Below the pieces are notes generated by a model, which made no database searches, was not told the DNA's origin, and saw nothing but the letters and a program-made list of their open reading frames with translations. Of a DNA stretch of 17,954 nucleotides, positions 16,101 through 17,954 are shown piece after piece. Where the stretch lies: contig JAWOBU010000055.1 in NCBI GenBank assembly GCA_046484135.1, forward strand, positions 1-17,954, given 5' to 3'. Numbering within the stretch: position 1 is the stretch's first letter; each line of letters starts with the position of its first letter. The translations under genes and the position numbers were made by a program. Origin of the DNA: a bacterium (GTDB taxonomy: Bacteria > RBG-13-61-14 > DATKZS01).

Positions 16101-16828
16101 GCGGCTACTGCTACCTCTTGGTCCCGGCCAAGGGGACCCTGACAAAGGACGCGGCCAAGCGGCTCCGGGTTTTGCGGGAGTTCAGCGAGCTCGGGAGCGG
16201 CTTTCGCATCGCCGCCCGCGACCTGGAAATCCGGGGAGCCGGGAACCTGCTTGGTTCCGAGCAGACCGGCCACATCTCGAGGGTCGGCATGGAGCTGTAC
16301 CTGAAGCTCCTCCAGGACGAGGTCAACCGCATCAAGGGAGAGGCGGTGGAGTCCGAGATCGAGCCGGAGATCAACCTGCCCGTGCCCGCTTTTCTGTCCG
16401 AGGAGTACGTGCCCGACCAGAACCAGCGCCTTTCCTGGTACAAGAGGCTCTCGCGGGCCAAAAACGACTACGAGGTGGACGCGCTTTCAGAGGAGCTGGA
16501 AGACCGCTACGGCAAGCCCCCCGAGGCCGCCCGGAACCTGCTCGAGATCGCCCGCTTGAAAGGAGGGCTCAAGCGCTTGAACGCCCTCGAGCTCGCTTAT
16601 ACCGGCACCGAGGTTTCCGTCCGGCTTAGCGAGACCGGCAAGGCAGACCATGACCGGGTGATCGAGCTTGCAACCAGCCACCCCGACAAGTGCCGCGTAA
16701 CCCCCGAAAACCGGCTCTTCTACAAACTGAGAGTCGAGCACCCGGCAGAGCTCTTCCCCGCCATCCGGTCCTTATTGAACGACATTTCCACCTGTGATAA
16801 TATTTTCGCCGGTTCAAATTCTGCTTAG
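13166..16828 (+). CDS. mfd: Transcription-repair coupling factor
   Basis: 1220 aa. UvrB-homology FSVRGGIMDVYP, RID VVHEEHG...LYVPV, helicase motifs CGDVGYGKT, DEEHRFG, TATPIPRT and QLRGRIGR, TRG motif DLEIRGAGNLLG..Q.GH, C-terminal EDRYG. Confidence 0.98.
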   Translation: MMFDSYQSREQVSVFARSLALLREGQRRLRILGLPGSSPAFMAASVMRELSTPVLILCPEDKQAAALAEDARFYLQALGMKKDAFHLSSRPPYQALPGSFTDARSAALAAMAGAGSGNPVMVSASAEAALATTMSPDLFADRLYEVSPGALVDRDEFLKNLVSSGYTAVSSAMEPGDFSVRGGIMDVYPPGVSRPVRIELWDEEVESLRAFDPDTQKSEEKIDSVLVPPLKEIFMSDPEAEKAAMALRDQARQWKEDPHFKFDKTRLARKAEEIAQRIERKDHFPAAESFLPLFYEQKHCALDYLDRNWTTLYLDPFLCDQAITRKTEELEEEWEREMTEEGFALPPFQHFVSRNHAERSLAPAAVISTGLEHGALQEEKITYSHQKRKEDTEIRAPSMDTGQEPLPGTASSLEGYTVDNRLEKPLEPFINGLSELMENDCRVIAVSPFAGKADRLQDLLSDHDIHLAAVHESFGILESEVSRAVTAGVLHKGFVDRAGGLAFFPEAEVFGEKIRPARKPPALEAYISDLSDLSEGEYVVHEEHGVALYRGMQSLDVQWAGDWDFVREKERPRIRMDCARLEYSGGAMLYVPVHRINQIGKYRGATDTAPSLDTLGGTSWERLKQKVKRSVREFAQYLLRIYASRQVHGGTAFPPPDSVFREFEEGFAYEETPDQLQAIEDVLDDMVSEKPMDRLVCGDVGYGKTEVALRAAFLAAMSGRQVAVLVPTTILAQQHYETFTTRLSKYPIEVRSLSRFLSKKEQTRVLEEIVSGKADIVIGTHRLLSKDVTFHELGLLIIDEEHRFGVRHKERLRELKATVDTLILTATPIPRTLHMSLAGLRDMSVINTPPPDRLAVHTELLRDDDRIIKEAIERELRRGGQAFFVHNRVQTIEPVLDRVQKLAPQARVALAHGQMKGKDLERIMSEFIQGRYDVLVCSAIIQSGLDIPRVNTMLINRADQFGLAQLYQLRGRIGRAKARGYCYLLVPAKGTLTKDAAKRLRVLREFSELGSGFRIAARDLEIRGAGNLLGSEQTGHISRVGMELYLKLLQDEVNRIKGEAVESEIEPEINLPVPAFLSEEYVPDQNQRLSWYKRLSRAKNDYEVDALSEELEDRYGKPPEAARNLLEIARLKGGLKRLNALELAYTGTEVSVRLSETGKADHDRVIELATSHPDKCRVTPENRLFYKLRVEHPAELFPAIRSLLNDISTCDNIFAGSNSA

Positions 16829-16956
16829 AACCGCTAATCCCGGACAAAGTTTCATCCGAGCCCTTTTAAAGGGCCGAGTTTTGCTGTAAACCGCGAGCTG
16901 TCGCGCTGGTGTGCTCTTCGATAGTCCGACGAAAAAATACAGAGGTCAACTTTTTC

Positions 16957-17954
16957 ATGATGTACGAAATAAACCAGGTTGTAGAGGCCGTTGACAGCTT
17001 TTTATGGGGCAAAATCCTGGTGTTGCTTCTGGTCGGCACCGGGATTTTTCTTACCATCCGCTTGCGGGGCGTACAGTTGGGGGGACTGCGCCACGGGTTT
17101 CGCCTGATCGGGGGCGCCTACGACAAGAAAGAGGACGAGGGAGACCTGTCCCACTTCCAGGCTTTGTCCACCGCTCTCGCCGCCACCGTGGGAGTGGGCA
17201 ACATCGCGGGCGTGGCCATAGCCATCCGGTGGGGAGGGCCCGGCGCGCTCTTCTGGATGTGGGTCACCGCGGTGGTAGGCATGGCTACCAAGTTCACCTC
17301 CTGCACCCTGGCGGTCAAGTTCCGGCAGATAAACCCGGACGGGTCCGTCTCCGGCGGGCCCATGTACTTCATTGAGAAAGGACTGGCCCAAAAACGCTTG
17401 GCCCTCAGCTTCGACAACAAGGACGTGGCCGGGGTCGGAAGCTGGAAATGGCTGGCGGTGTCGTTCGCGGTCCTGGCGGGTATCGGCTCCTTCGGCGCCG
17501 GCTGCATGGCCCAGGCAGGAGAGTTCACCCGCGCTTTCCTCGCACTGTTTCCCAGCCCCTTTCCAATGGAGTCAGCGGGAGCGGGAGTCATCTTCGAGCT
17601 CGGCAAAAACTTTGACATGGCCTCCATGACCCTGTTCGAGCGGATCGGAGCAAGCATTCTCAAGTATCCCTTTTATTACCATTTCGGCACCGGTCTTTTT
17701 ATGGCGGTCATGGTGGGCATAGTCATCCTGGGCGGCATCCGGCGCATTGGCGAGGTCACAAGCCGCCTGGTGCCTTTCATGGCCGTGTTTTACGTGTTGG
17801 CCGCTCTTTCCATCATCTTTATCAATATCAGCGAGGTCCCGAAAGCCTTTATGCTTATCTTTCATGACGCTTTTACCGGCTCCGCGGCCACCGGCGGCTT
17901 CGCGGGCTCCGCTTTTCTTTACACCCTCCAGATGGGAGTCAGGCGGGGACTGTT
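16957..17954 (+). CDS. Alanine/glycine:cation symporter (AGCS family), runs off the right edge (partial)
   Basis: Absent from the ORF track (no stop in window). Manual translation: MMYEINQVVEAVDSFLWG...SHFQALSTALAATVGVGNIAGVAIAIRWGGPGALFWMW...GGPMYFI...ILGGIRRIGEVTSRLVPFM...GVRRGL. Confidence 0.95.
   Translation, partial: MMYEINQVVEAVDSFLWGKILVLLLVGTGIFLTIRLRGVQLGGLRHGFRLIGGAYDKKEDEGDLSHFQALSTALAATVGVGNIAGVAIAIRWGGPGALFWMWVTAVVGMATKFTSCTLAVKFRQINPDGSVSGGPMYFIEKGLAQKRLALSFDNKDVAGVGSWKWLAVSFAVLAGIGSFGAGCMAQAGEFTRAFLALFPSPFPMESAGAGVIFELGKNFDMASMTLFERIGASILKYPFYYHFGTGLFMAVMVGIVILGGIRRIGEVTSRLVPFMAVFYVLAALSIIFINISEVPKAFMLIFHDAFTGSAATGGFAGSAFLYTLQMGVRRGL

Noticed and set aside
16829..16956. Glycine riboswitch upstream of the AGCS symporter
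   Set aside because: No GGAGA...CCGAAG...CTCTCAGG core; only a short GCCCTTT/AAAGGGC palindrome.

Overview
GC-rich bacterial chromosomal window (gene content looks deltaproteobacterial, but taxonomy cannot be fixed from sequence alone). Left: a carbohydrate-active cluster of three minus-strand exported alpha-glycosidase-type genes (GH92 alpha-mannosidase running off the left edge, an uncharacterised six-hairpin glycosidase-like protein, a Tat-exported GH63-like hydrolase), divergent from a GH36 alpha-galactosidase. Middle: a GNAT-like hypothetical protein, an archaeal-type glyA coupled to queD (dual PTPS-I/III motif), a 465-bp structured intergenic region, then folE2. Right: an AT-richer BrnT-family toxin/antitoxin pair, a repeat-rich intergenic region, mfd, and an AGCS alanine/glycine:cation symporter running off the right edge. 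The least-explained signals are non-coding: a promoter-to-terminator structured RNA candidate with a pair of inverted REP-like palindromes upstream of folE2, a 76-bp dispersed repeat in two copies (plus a possible empty site), and a 244-bp inverted-repeat-bounded folding element upstream of mfd. No transposase, CRISPR array, tRNA or rRNA was recognised.
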